Shown: positions 38,805 to 51,502, numbered from the stretch's first letter. The stretch is 64,000 nucleotides of DNA from Macrostomum lignano (GCA_002269645.1 NIVC01001784.1:62001-126000); one strand, 5' to 3'. Program-made: numbers and translations. Notes: a model not told the origin generated them from the letters alone.

Positions 38805-39791
38805 TGTTGTACCTGTGGTTGTCCTGCTGTACAGCGCAGTGACTTGGGCTCCGTCCTCTTACTCAGAAGCCTTCTTAACTTTAGTAGCGTAGGTAGTGCT
38901 GCCACCAGTTCCTTCAGGTCTCGGCCTTCGGTGAGGTGAGCTTCCCGTCGGAACGAAATAACGAAGTCAACGAACACAGCACCAAGTGCAGATTTGCAGC
39001 TCAACGTACTAGGCGTCTCGTCAGCAGTACCTGCCGGGCTTGGGTGATAAAGGGAGGGCTAAGTTAGCCTCTCGTAGGCTCGGGTTGGCTTTAGTCGGGT
39101 CTCAGTCAGACCAATAAGAACAGACTCAATGTACGCAGAGACTCAGACACTCGGGACGTAGTCACACGGAATTAGAACTCATGATCTCGGGAAGAACTAG
39201 ACTCCTTGACGGAAACAAGGGGGAGGGGGGTCCTATTTATAGCCAGGAAACACCCGCGCACAAGATCTCATGACTTGTTCTATTTTTAGAACTGACGTCA
39301 CTTGAGCATCTCGGGCAGGGTTCTAGCGCACGGAAGACCTCGTGACTTGTTCTATTTTTAGAACTGACGTCACTTGAGGGTCCCCCGGCAGAGTACACAT
39401 GTCTGTGACTCTGTTGCTATTTTTAGCAACATGAGTCACTCCTCTCCTTAGAGAAGGGAGGGGACCGAAAGCATGTGACTCACCCGGTAAACAGGGCCAG
39501 CGAGTGCAGTAAACATGTTTACTGCACTTTAAGACTCAAAGAACGCAAGAACTGTCATGTGACTTGCTCACAAGACAGGGAAAAACGGGACGGAAGCGAA
39601 ACAGAGACAGCCCACAGTCGAGAGACTGGGGGCTGAGAACGGAGACGCAGAAGGGCAGAACAGGCCAGGGGCAGCAACAGACGGGCCAAGGGAGGTGGGA
39701 AGCTGACCAGAGGCAGACAGCAACCCAGGGCGAGGGCGAGGGAGACTGCTGACAAAGTGGGACGCCTAGCATCAACTAGCGGATCACTACA
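38805..39791 (-). mobile_element. Solo LTR (Ty3/gypsy-like), 987 bp
   Basis: Termini TGTTGT...ACTACA (TG...CA); 4-bp TSD ATAT at 38801-38804 and 39792-39795. TATAAATA on the minus strand at 39234-39241. No internal gag/pol, PBS or PPT. Confidence 0.82.
39234..39378 (-). promoter_or_regulatory. LTR U3 promoter: TATA box plus duplicated 36-bp block with CRE palindromes
   Basis: TGACTTGTTCTATTTTTAGAACTGACGTCACTTGAG at 39271-39306 and 39343-39378 (72-bp period). TGACGTCA at 39293-39300 and 39365-39372, upstream of the minus-strand TATA. Confidence 0.55.
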
Positions 39792-41399
39792 ATATCTTAG
39801 CAATTCCCCCTGTAAGCTTTGATATCTCAGCAATTCCCCCTGTAAGCTTTGACATCTCAGCAATTCCCCCTGTAAGCTTTGACATCTCAGCAATTCCCCC
39901 TGTAAGATTTGACATCTCAGCAATTCCCCCTGTAAGATTTGACATCTCAGCAATTCCCCCTGTAAGATTTGACATCTCAGCAATTCCCCCTGTAAGATTT
40001 GACATCTCAGCAATTCCCTGTATGATATTAACTGTTTGGAATTTGGTACTTTATTAATTAATTTTGCAAAATATCTGTTTTGGACACCCTGCCACCTGGC
40101 CATCTACAGGCATGTATGAACCAGAGCAAGGCAGACGATTGTAATGGTAGCAATAAATATAAAGTAACAGCTTTCAGTATTTAGTTGTAGCAGTTGTTTA
40201 TAACTAGCCAGTTGAATAGTTTGACCTTCATTTGAAATTGCATAAACTGCTAACACCAGCTGTTAGCATTCAATATTGAGCTTAACTACCTTCAACCACT
40301 GCTTTCAGTCATTTTAATTCTATTTCGGACTATAGATTGTCCTCTTGCCAGTACTTGTTGAAGCTTGCCAGGTTCTCAAGGTAAGATTGAAGAAATAATA
40401 AATGAGAGAAAGAGAGAATTTTTTGAAATGTGTAATTTCTCTGACTGGCTATGGACGCATTATAAGCTTTTTTGGCACATTTTAACAGCATTGCTAAGGC
40501 TACTTTTTAAACATTGTCAAGCTGTTTGAACTGTCAGATATGACTCAACTGGTTAGACTGCGGTGGGAGAGAGAGAAGAGATAAGAAAATACTGCTAAAC
40601 TCATTTGACTAAGTGTAAACTTGGCGTCAGCGGCATGCTGTGCAATGTTCGTGTTCTCTCTTTCTGTCTTTAGGTTACAAATCAATGTCGCTATGCACTC
40701 TTAAATATAAAATGGTCGTATGGCACTCTTTCATTGGCTGACAAATGTGGACTCTGGGAGGGGGGTTGGGGGTTTCTTTCTCTTTCGCTAGTCTATATCA
40801 TTAGTTGGGCCGTACCTTTGCGTTCCACTCTTTGCTCATTATTAGTGTATAGTTAGTACTTGGCTTTTTTGTTCGCTTCACCCCAGTTAACCTCGGAGAG
40901 GCTATAGATCTGTGTCGGCTGGTTAGCGAGCTTTTTAAAAAAAGTAAGGCTGCGATCTGAATACTTCGTCTGTTGCTTTGTTTAAATTTTTTTACATTGA
41001 AGGTGGAACAGTGTTAGTTTTTGACTAGATGCGATCAAGATCGAATGTAAGTGATTATAATTTTACTAAAAATATAACACTATTTGCTCACTATGCGACG
41101 CGAATAGCGGACTAACACTGGTCAGATTTAGTGACTTGTTAACTTAGTTTAATAACATAGGTTGTCGTACGATTTACACGTATGAGGGATAACCAGGAGA
41201 CACAAAGTGTACACGTGCCTGACGATTAGAAAGTCAGGGCCGTGGCTTCGTACAGTATCGACGCTCTTGTAGTCAGCGGAATGTGCAGAATTGCCGTCAG
41301 CGATATGTAAAATTGCATTTACCTAAGTTTTTTTATCATGCAGGTGATTGTTTCTCAACTTAAGGCAAAGTGACATATCGCTATTAACTTACATTGCAG

Positions 41400-44300
41400 A
41401 TGTTAGGCCTAAGCGCTTTCGATTGCGCAATCATTGGCGGAGTTGCCGGGGTTTGCGTTTATTATTTTGTATTCGTTCGCAAGCCGCGCAACGGTAATGG
41501 ATCCGGCCTGGCCCCGCCAAGCACCCTGGGCCAGGCCTCTTTCCAATCGATTCCGCCGACTTCAAAGGGTGCCGCCGCCGATGACTACGACGAGTCCAGC
41601 TTCATCTCGAAGATGCAGGCAAAGAATCGCAATATTGTGGTGTTCTACGGCTCTCAGACTGGCACAGCCGAAGATTTCGCTACTCGACTGTCCAAGGAGG
41701 CGCTTCGCTACGGTCTGAGAGCGATGTCCTGTGATCCGGAGGAGTGCGACATGAAGGAGCTGGCCCACCTGGCTGATATCCCCAACTCTTTGGCTATTTT
41801 CTGTCTGGCTACCTACGGAGAGGGAGATCCGACTGATAATCTGCAGGTGAGTAGTTGCTAGTCTATTTTGGAAAAAAGTTTTCCCAATCCGTGGGTAACG
41901 ATTCTCAATCCAAAATTCTAAGGGTTTCCTAGGGTTTCTTAATCTATAGGACTCCCGGGGTTTCCCAATCTATGGGATTCCCGGTGTTTCACAATCTATG
42001 GGACTTCCGGTGTTTCACAATCTATGGGACTCCCGGTGTTTCACAATCTATGGGACTTCCGGTGTTTCACAATCTATGGGACTCTCGGGGTTTCACAATC
42101 TATGGGACTCCCGGTGTTTCAAAATCTATGGGATTTCTGGTGTTTCACAATCTATGGGACTCCCGGTGTTTCACAATCTATGGGACTCCCGGGGTTTCTC
42201 AATCTATGGGACTCCCGGTGTTTCACAATCTATGGGACTTCCGGTGTTTCACAATCTATGGGACTTCCGGTGTTTCACAATCTATGGGACTCCCGGTGTT
42301 TCATAATCTATGGGACTCCCGGTGTTTCACAATCTATGGGACTTCCGGTGTTTCACAATCTATGGGACTTCCGGTGTTTCACAATCTATGGGACTCCCGG
42401 TGTTTCATAATCTATGGGACTCCCGGTGTTTCACAATCTATGGGACTTCCGGTGTTTCACAATCTATGGATACCCGGTGTTTCACAATCTATGGATTCCC
42501 GGTGTTTCACAATCTATGGATACCCGGTGTTTCACAATCTATGGGACTCTCGGGGTTTACCAATCTATGGGATTCGCGGGGTTTCCCAATCTATGAGAAG
42601 CAAAGGTATTAAGTAAAGTTTTTTTAGGATTCCCGTTAAAGATAAAATCTACAAACCCTTACCCAGGAGTTCTTCACCATGCTGAAGGACTGCGATCGCA
42701 ACGAGCTGGACTTAACAGGCGTCAACTACTGCGTGTTCGGCCTTGGCAACAAGACCTACGAGCACTACAACGCTATCGGCCAGCTAGTTGACAAGAAACT
42801 CGAAGAACTCGGCGCCAAACGAATCTACGAATTGGGGCTTGGCGACGACGATGCCAATATTGAGGAAGATTTCAACAACTGGAAAGAGGGCATGTGGCCG
42901 GCGGCCTGTCAGCAGTTGGGAGTCAGCGCTGAGGCGCAGGACATCAAGTATCGGCAGTACCAGCTGGTGAACCACGAGCCCGGCTCTGTGCCGCCAGAAA
43001 AGCTCTACAAAGGCGAGATCTCCCGTCTGGGCAGTCTGCAGCGTCAGAGGCCGCCATTCGACGCCAAGAATCCCTATTTGGCGGCGGTCACTGAGAATCG
43101 CGAGCTGCACACTGGCGGTGACCGCAGCTGTTTACACCTGGAGTTGGACATTGGCGATTCTCGAATCCGCTACGAGTCCGGAGATCACGTGGCCGTTTAT
43201 CCGGTTAATCGAAGCGAACTGGTTGACAAGCTGGGCGAACTGCTCCAGTGCGATCTGGATCAGCCGTTCTCGCTGAACAATGTGGACGATGACAGCACTA
43301 AGAAGCACCCGTTTCCCTGCCCAACCACTTATCGCATCGCCTTCCTGCACTATCTGGATATCACCGCCAATCCCAAAACTAATTTGTTGAACGAGCTGAG
43401 CGACTATACTGACAATGAGGAGCACAAGCAGATGCTGAAGAAGATGGGCAGCAATACTGAAGAGGGAAAGGTGAGATTTTCTAGGGATCTCCTGATGTCT
43501 CATAGGGGTGAGATTTCTAGGGATCTCCTGATGTCTCATAGGGGTGAGATTTCTAGGGATCTCCTGATGTCTCATAGGGGTGAGATTTCCTAGGGATCTC
43601 CTTATGTCTCATAAGGGTGAGATTTCCTACGGATCTCCTGATGTCTCATAAGGGTGAGATTTCCTACGGATCTCCTGATGTCTCATAAGGGTGAGATTTC
43701 CCAGGAAACTCGTGGATGTCTCATAGGGGTGAGATTTCCAGGAAACTCGTGGATGTCTCATAAGAGTGAGATTTCCAGGAAACTCAGGTGTCTCATAGCC
43801 TCATAGGGGTGAGATTTCCAGGAAACTCAGGTGTCTCATAGCCTCATAGGGGTGAGATTTCCAGGAAACTCAGGTGTCTCATAGCCTCATAGGGGTGAGA
43901 TTTCCAGGAAACTCAGGTGTCTCATAGCCTCATAGGGGTGAGATTTCCAGGAAACTCAGGTGTCTCATAGCCTCATAGGGGTGAGATTTCCAGGAAACTC
44001 AGGTGTCTCATAGCCTCATAGGGGTGAGATTTCCAGGAAACTCAGGTGTCTCATAGCCTCATAGAGGTGAGATTTCCAAGCTACCCTGCTGACTCAGCCA
44101 AGATCGCACCCAATGGTCACGGATGAACCGCAACCGCACCCAGGCCCTCTACCACGACTGGATCATCAGCGCCAGGCGGCATATTGTAGCCGTACTGGAG
44201 GACCTCGACAGCGTGAAGCCGCCGCCGGACCACCTGTGCGAGCTGCTGCCCCGCCTGCAGGCTCGCTACTACAGCATAGCCAGCTCCCCGAAGCTGCACC

Positions 44301-45477
44301 CCAAATCCGTTCACGTCTGCGCCGCTGTAGTGCGCTACACAACATCGACAAATCGTCTTGTACTTGGCGTTGCTACCGGTGAATTCGCCGACAAGCCGGC
44401 CCAGCTGCCAGTGTACGTTCGCCGCAGCCAGTTCCGCCTGCCGTACAAGCACCAGACCCCGGTGATCATGGTCGGCCCGGGCACCGGGTTCGCACCGTTT
44501 CGCGGCTTCCTGCAGGAGCGCGAATGGGCTAAAGACCAGGGCAAGCCGGTTGGCAAGACTATTCTGTATACTGGCTGCCGGAATCGGGACATTGATTACA
44601 TCTATTCTCAAGAGTTGGAGGCTTGGAAAGATAAAGGTGTTATTACTAATCTGCAGGTGCGTTTATTGTTGTCTGCTTGTATTTATTGGCTTGATATTTA
44701 TAAACTATATGGATAATCCGCTAGTTTATCTGGATAATCCGCCAGTTTATATAGATAATCCGCTAGTTTATATAGATAATCCGCTAGTTTATATAGATAA
44801 TCCGCCATTTTATATAGATAATCCGCTAGTTTATATAGATAATTCGCCAGTTTATATAGATAATCCGCTAGTTTGTATAGATAATTCGCCAGTTTATATA
44901 GATAATCCGCTAGTTTATATAGATAATCCGCCAGTTTATATAGATAATCCGCTAGTTTATATAGATAATCCGCCAGTTTATATAGATAATCCGCCAGTTT
45001 ATATAGATAATCCGCCAGTTTATGTGGATAATCCGCTAGTTTATATAGATAATCCGCTAGTTTATATGGATAATCCGCTAGTTTATATAGATAATCCGCT
45101 AGTTTATACAGATATCCATCTGTGTATAAAAATAATCTACCAGTTCATTTAGAATTTAGGTAATTCATAAAATACGTCTATAGTTAATCTCCCGCTAATC
45201 CCTCTCACACCAGGTGGCCTTCTCTCGCGACCAAGGCGAGAAAGTGTACGTGCAGCACCTGATGCGCCGGGACGAGAACAGCCGCGAGATCTGGGAGGTG
45301 CTGGAGTTGGGCGGTCACTTCTACGTGTGCGGCGACGCCAAGCACATGGCCAGGGACGTGATGGCCGCCCTGGAGGAGATCGTTGAGAAGCACGGCAGCA
45401 AGAGCCGTCAGGAGGCGCAGGACTACATCAAGAAGTTGTCTAATAAAGGTCGGTACAGCGCCGATGTGTGGAGCTGA
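41400..45477 (+). CDS. POR: NADPH-cytochrome P450 reductase, ~675 aa
   Basis: Exons 41400-41846, 42667-43470, 44144-44656, 45214-45477 (2028 nt, all phase 0). N-terminal TM anchor, VVFYGSQTGTAE (FMN), ATYGEGDPTDN, VFGLGNKTYEHYN, RYYSIASS (FAD), MVGPGTGFAPF, YVCGDAKHMARDV, C-terminal RYSADVWS. The start could extend to ATG-CAG at 41338-41343 via a 56-nt intron. Confidence 0.96.
41940..42595 (+). repeat. 26-bp minisatellite in POR intron 1
   Basis: Unit ATCTATGGGACTCCCGGTGTTTCACA. Confidence 0.92.
43471..44080 (+). repeat. 36-bp then 43-bp minisatellite filling POR intron 2
   Basis: Units GTGAGATTTCTAGGGATCTCCTGATGTCTCATAGGG and GTGAGATTTCCAGGAAACTCAGGTGTCTCATAGCCTCATAGGG; the first unit begins at the donor GT. 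Confidence 0.92.
44708..45112 (+). repeat. 21-bp minisatellite in POR intron 3
   Basis: Unit ATAGATAATCCGCTAGTTTAT. Confidence 0.92.
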
Positions 45478-45599
45478 TCTGGCAGGAGTACATGCCGTTA
45501 ACTGATTACTATTGATCCTAACTTTGAAACAATACAAGATGCTGACCCTACGGAGTGCATGCGTTTAAGGTTAATAAGAAATTGTCTCGCGGATTTCTC

Positions 45600-46260
45600 T
45601 AAAGGGTGAGATTTCCTAGGCACCAGACAATGTCTCCTAGGGGTGAGATTTCCTAGACACCCTGATGTCTCACAGTGGTGAGATTTCCTAGGCACCAATG
45701 TCTCAGGGGTGAGATTTCCTAGGCACCAATGTCTCATAGGGGTGAGATTTCCTAGGCACCAATGTCTCATAGGGGGTGAGATTTCCTAGACACCCTGATG
45801 TCTCACAGTGGTGAGATTTCCTAGGCACCAATGTCTCATAGGGGTGAGATTTCCTAGGCACCCTGATGTCTCACAGTGGTGAGATTTCCTAGGCACCAAT
45901 GTCTCATAGGGGTGAGATTTCCTAGACACCCTGATGTCTCATAGGGGTGAGATTTCCTAGGCACCAATGTCTCATAGGGGTGAGATTTCCTAGGCACCAA
46001 TGTCTCATAGGGGTGAGATTTCCTAGGCACCAATGTCTCATAGGGGTGAGATTTCCTAGGCACTAATGTCTCATAGGGGTGAGATTTCCTAGGCACCAAT
46101 GTCTCATAGGGGTGAGATTTCCTAGGCACTAATGTCTCATAGGGGTGAGATTTCCTAGGCACTAATGTCTCATAGGGGTGAGATTTCCTAGACACCCTGA
46201 TGTGTCATAGGGTAGAGATTACCTGGAGACCAATGTCTCATAGGGGTGAGATTTCCTAGA
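45600..46260 (+). repeat. 33-bp minisatellite 3' of the POR stop codon (same family as the intron 2 array)
   Basis: Unit GGTGAGATTTCCTAGGCACCAATGTCTCATAGG. Confidence 0.92.
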
Positions 46261-47019
46261 AAGTGAAGGAACATTTATTTGTAGGGGCACGGTTTTGTAT
46301 AAATATTTTTCAAGATTTTTTGCTTGGTTTTTTATTAGCTTATTCATTATGACAGCAAATTGAGAAGATTGTGCTTTATCCTACCATGAAATGCTGCACT
46401 TCTACCTGCATATTAAAGTTTCTTTTTTGCTTGTAACCACAAAAATAATGCAACAATAAACATTATGATTAATTTATACCCAAATTGCGTGGATTTGCTT
46501 TAATCTGTTTTAGCTGTATTTTCATACCTTAGAATTTCACTGCTGGTTCGATCTGCTAGTTACACTTAAATCGTCATTTTTGTTGCTATCGCGACTATCG
46601 AATTCTAAATAAATATGCATGACGCTTTTCTTGCGCTTAGTGGCAGAATACTAGGGTATTATATAATAAAATTTTAATGTATGAGATAAATAAGTAGCAT
46701 ATTCATATTTATCCAGATGGCACGATTTTTCAATCCGACTTATATCAATATAAAGTGTTTATTATTGTTTATTGTTTCTCATTTTTATACTAGTAAGGAA
46801 ACCGACACCAGTAGGGTAGCATGATGTTTACTTGTTCGTGCGGCCGCACTTAGTTACTCTTTGAGATTGATAGTTTGATAGATTGATAGATCTTATGTTT
46901 GATAAATTGATGGATTTTAAGATTGATAAACTGATAGATTGACAGACAGTGAGATTGATAAATTGATAGATTGACAGATCATAAGATTGATAAATTGAGA
47001 TTGATAAATGACAGATTGA

Positions 47020-50000
47020 TCAAGGCAGGCGGGCCAGCACTCCGTCAGCATTAACTACCGCTTTGTCGCGAATGTCGCCAGCTTTGCAGCCGTTGCAGGT
47101 CTTGGGGCAGAACATCGGGAATGTCTTACAAGCGTCCGGGTCGCTCTCGCAGTTGCTTCTGAACATTTCCGGGTCACTGCAGGTCACTGCGAGAGTTGTT
47201 TTAGAAATTTATTTTAATTTAGTTATCCCCATCTCGCTGATCATTCATCCTAGCTGACGGACTTCCTTTCTTCACAATTCACCAATTCACCAAGGCCCAT
47301 GCAACCAGCCGGCCCCATTCTCCCTTTTTCAAAAACTGAAAAAAAAATTGCTCAGAAAAGACACCAAGGGGCGACAATCCGCGACATGCACAAAAAGGGG
47401 CGCCAGCACCAAGGGGCGCCAGCAACCAAGGGGCGCCAGCACCAAGGGGCGCCAGCAACCAAGGGGCGCCAGCACCAAGGGGCTTTAGCACCAAGGAGTA
47501 CCAGCACCAAGGGGCTTTAGCACCAAGGGGCTTTAGCATGCAAGGAGTGCCAGCACCAAGGGGCGCCAGCAACCAAGGGGCGCCAGCAACCAAGGAGCGC
47601 CATGGCTCAAAAAGGGGCGCCAAATCAGCTGGCAACGAGATTGCATAATTTTTCATCAGCTTGCTGGAGGGCGCCGCGGCCCCTCTTGCCCTCTCCGCCG
47701 CGCCCCTGATCGGCAGGCAACTCACTCTCGCATCTGGTGCCGTAGTAGTCGGGAGTGCAGCTGCACTTGCAGTTGGCCGAGTCCAGAGTGCCACCATTCA
47801 AGCATTGGATGGCGCACCGGCAGCCGCCGTCGGTGCTGCGACGAACGCGCGATCGCTTCGTCTTCGCCTCCTCGCCGTGCAAGTACTCGTAGCCGTCGTC
47901 GAATGTCCAGCCGTCCCACGGGTCAAAGGTGGTCGTGGTTGCAGCCGACGTTGTTGTTGCTGTTTTTGTTGTTGGCGACGGGGCACTGCCAGGGTCGGCG
48001 CCTCCGGTTCCGCCACCGCCGTCGACGCCGCCGCCGATTCTGCCGCCGCCGGTGTACATGGCGGCGCACTGGTCGCGGCGCAGACAGAGGCCGCCGCTAG
48101 TGTAGGTGTACTCGCCGACGCACTTGCTGGCCGGTGAGCCGCTCTCGTAGGCTGGGTAGGTGCCAACGTTGCCACCGTCAGCGTAGTCGCAGACCAGAAT
48201 GCGAAGGTAGCCCGGGCAGGTGGCAGCGGCGCAGCCGACCAGCAGGGTCCGGGACCAGACCACCTGGGTGTAGTGGCCGCACATCTTCTCGGGGGTGCAC
48301 GTTTTGGCCGCGAAGTTGTAGTCATTGTGCTCCACGTACCAGAGATCCACGAAGCTGGTTGCGCAGGGAACGTGTTCTGAGTGTTATTAATAGAGTGCTA
48401 AACTCATACAAGCCGGTATTTCAAATGACTCACAGGCTGAGGTTGGTGCTGTGACCGCCCGCCCAGTTCTGCCCGACCCACTTGTGTCCGGGAATCACCC
48501 GTTCAGCCGGAGTGTCGTGTCCGACTTTGCACTGCGAAGCCCAATTAGCCGCCTTCTCCATCAGCCTGTCGTCCCATTCCTGACGGAAGTGTTGGAGGCC
48601 GCAGGTTCAGTTTCGGTAAAAAATCTGAGCAGGGTTTCCGGTGTCCCATTGATTGACCGGAAGTGGGTCTTAGTGGGGTTTAGACTGGCTACATCCAAGG
48701 GCTCTCTCTCACCAAGAGCATCATATCAGCGGCGCTGGGCTGGCTGCCAGTCTCGCCTCTGGCAGTCCGGGCTCGGAGCACATTGTGCGTGTCCAGGATG
48801 ATCTGCTTGTCAGCTTTGCTCAGCGCCACCAGCTCTCCCTCGGTGTGGCTGATCGATACGAGCAGCAGCAGGAGCGACAGGCAGACTGCAGGTTTTAGGG
48901 CTCCTGGTTATATATGCTGCTGTACATATCAGACTCAAATAGGGTCACTCGAGATTCGAGAAAATCACCGGAGAGTCGCACGGATACATGCATCACTTGT
49001 AGACTCACAAGTCACAAAAATGTCAAGAAAGTCACTAAAAATCACTTGATGCTACTTAAGAGTCAAGGCCGTCACTGATGAGCCAAGGATGTCACTGAAG
49101 AGTCAAGGACATCGCTGAAGAGTCAAGGACATCGCTGAAGAGTCAAGGACATCGCTGAAGAGTCAAGGACATCGCTGAAGAGTCAAGGACATCGCTGAAG
49201 AGTCAAGGACATCGCTGAAGAGTCAAGGACATCGCTGAAGAGTCAAGGACATCGCTGAAGAGTCAAGGACATCGCTGAAGAGTCAAGGACATCGCTGAAG
49301 AGTCAAGTACGTCACTGGTGATTCAAGGACGTTACTGAAGAGTCAAGAATGTCACCGGAGAGTCAAAGATGTAATCAAAGAGTCAAGGATGTCACCGAAG
49401 AGTCAAGGATGTCACCGAGGAGTCAAGGATGTCACCAAAGAGTCAAGGATGTCACCAAAGAGTCAAGGATGTCACCAAAGAGTCAAGGATGTCACCAAAG
49501 AGTCAAGGATGTCACCAAAGAGTCAAGGATGTCACCGAGGAGTCAAGGGACGTCACTGATGAGTCAAGGACGTCACTAAAGAGTCACGGACATCGCTGAA
49601 GAGTCAAGGTTGTCACTAAAGAGTCAAGGATGTCACTAAAGAGTCAAGGATGTCACTAAAGAGTCAAGGATGTCACTAAAGAGTCAAGGATGTCACTAAA
49701 GAGTCAAGGATGTCACTAAAGAGTCAAGGATGTCACTAAAGAGTCAAGGATGTCACTAAAGAGTCAAGGATGTCACTAAAGAGTCAAGGATGTCACTAAA
49801 GAGTCAAGGATGTCACTAAAGAGTCAAGGATGTCACTAAAGAGTCAAGGATGTCACTAAAGAGTCAAGGATGTCACTAAAGAGTCAAGTACGTCACTGAA
49901 GAGTCAAGGATGTCGTTGAAGAGTCAAGGATATCGCTGAAGAGTCAAGGATATCGCTGAAGAGTCAAGTACGTCACTAAAGAGTCACGGACATTGCTGAA

Positions 50001-50329
50001 GAGTCAAGGATATCGCTGAAGAGTCAAGGATATCGCTGAAGAGTCAAGGATATCGTTGAAGAGTCAAGGATATCGCTGAAGAGTCAAGGATATCGCTGAA
50101 TAGTCTAGGATATCGCTGAAGAGTCAAGGATATCGTCGAAGAGTCAAGGATATCGTCGAAGAGTCAAGGATATCGCTGAATAGTCAAGTACGTCACTGAA
50201 GATCCAAGGATGTCACTGATGAGTCAAGGATATCGTTGAAGAGTCAAGGATGTCACTGATGAGTCAAGGATGATGCGCACGTACTAAACAGACGAGTTAC
50301 TTACCGAGTCGATCGAAATACAGTGCCAT
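47020..50329 (-). CDS. Secreted CAP/SCP (CRISP/venom-allergen-like) protein with C-terminal EGF and ShK-like domains, ~385 aa
   Basis: Exons 50329-50305, 48903-48713, 48579-48434, 48354-47726, 47186-47020 (phases consistent, 1158 nt). Signal peptide (VCLSLLLLLVSISHTEG), ILDTHNVLRA, EWDDRL..A..WASQC..GH, VGQNWA, CGHYTQVVWS.T..VGCA, LVCDY..GGN, EGF CLNGGTLD...C.C.CTPDYYGTRCE, last exon C-x8-C-x6-C-x6-CPKTC-x2-C. Confidence 0.88.
47375..47600 (+). repeat. GGGGCGCC-core minisatellite in CAP gene intron 4
   Basis: CACCAAGGGGCGCCAGCAAC / CACCAAGGGGCTTTAG units. Confidence 0.8.
49060..50270 (+). repeat. 20-bp minisatellite in CAP gene intron 1
   Basis: Unit AAGAGTCAAGGATGTCACTA, with block-wise variants (ACATCGCTG, ATGTCACCA, ATATCGCTG); about 60 copies. 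Confidence 0.95.
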
Positions 50330-50929
50330 GCCTGAAAGTATGTCAGAAAAATCGCTTGACTCAAACTGGTTGTTGTTGCATGTCCGATCAAGGGGCCACC
50401 AGCTGCGATGAATTTATAGGCTTCCCAAAACCCTCAGACATCACGCGAGTGCCCGAACACATTTAATTATAAATGAACATCTGCGGGTGCGGCCTGAATA
50501 GGCTACAGCATCTTTATTCAAACTGAGCGGAAATTAAAATCTTTTTTTCGCTCTTATTTTTCCAACGAACAGATAGATTGACAGCCGTGGGGAGATAACA
50601 GGAAATTAACGAATTGCCACTGGAACAGTGGAATACTCGTAATGCACATGAAGTACCGAGATAGTACACAGACTGCTTTCTGTGCAAAACACATTTATTT
50701 AAGATCCAGACCACTCTGAGGAGCTCCTTCAGACGGATACGCTGCGGTTCTGTCTGGGAAATTTGAATTCGGTTAGATTAAATCCCACTCCAGGGTTTCA
50801 TTTCCTCTGGCTAGGTGCCTTTCCGGTAAACGGAATACAAGCTGGAACAGGCAATCAGTTCTGCAGACTGATGAACTAATAACCTTCTCTGTGACTGATT
50901 CCATTCCCTGTCTGGACCCCAGAGACCGA

Positions 50930-51114
50930 CAGGCAGACAGACAGACAGACAGGCAGGCAGGCAGGCAGACAGGCAGACAGACAGACAGGCAGGCAGACAG
51001 ACAGGCAGACAGACAGACAGAAAGACAAGCAGGCAGACAGGCAGACAGACAGACAGGCAGGCAGACAGACAGACAGACAGGCAGGCAGACAGACAGGCAG
51101 ACAGACAGACAGAA

Positions 51115-51155
<41 letters not shown>

Positions 51156-51289
51156 GGCAGATAGACAGACAGAGAGACAGACAGACAGACACTCAGACAG
51201 ACACTCAGACAGACAGACAGACAGACACTCAGACAGACACTCAGACAGACAGACAGACAGACAGACAGACAGGCAGGCAGACAGACAGG

Positions 51290-51321
<32 letters not shown>

Positions 51322-51456
51322 CAGGCAGACAGACAGACAGACAAGCAGGCAGACAGACAGACAGACAAGCAGGCAGACAGGCAGACAGACAGACAGAGAC
51401 AGACAGACAGACAGACAGACAAGCAGGCAGACAGGCAGACAGGCAGACAGACAGAC

Positions 51457-51502
<46 letters not shown>

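Larger units (their letters stand above)
38400..40020 (+). repeat. 29/30-bp minisatellite split by a solo LTR
   Basis: Unit GACATCTCAGCAATTCCCC(C)TGTAAGCCTT at 38400-38804 and GACATCTCAGCAATTCCCCCTGTAAG(C/A)TTT at 39792-40020. Confidence 0.9.

Noticed and set aside
39555-40103. 182-aa ORF spanning the LTR edge
   Set aside because: Chimeric reading of minisatellite (LRCQILQGEL repeats) plus LTR U3; no gag/pol motifs.
40370-41399. Donor-like sites (GTAAGA near 40381, GTAAGT near 41047) suggesting POR 5' UTR exons or trans-splice acceptors
   Set aside because: Plausible, but cannot be fixed without transcript data; no spliced-leader RNA gene was recognised in the window.
44550-45152. 200-aa VYIDNPL-repeat ORF, and similar ORFs at 41972-42616 and 45854-46195
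   Set aside because: Minisatellites in POR introns and 3' flank; the spliced POR model is complete without them.
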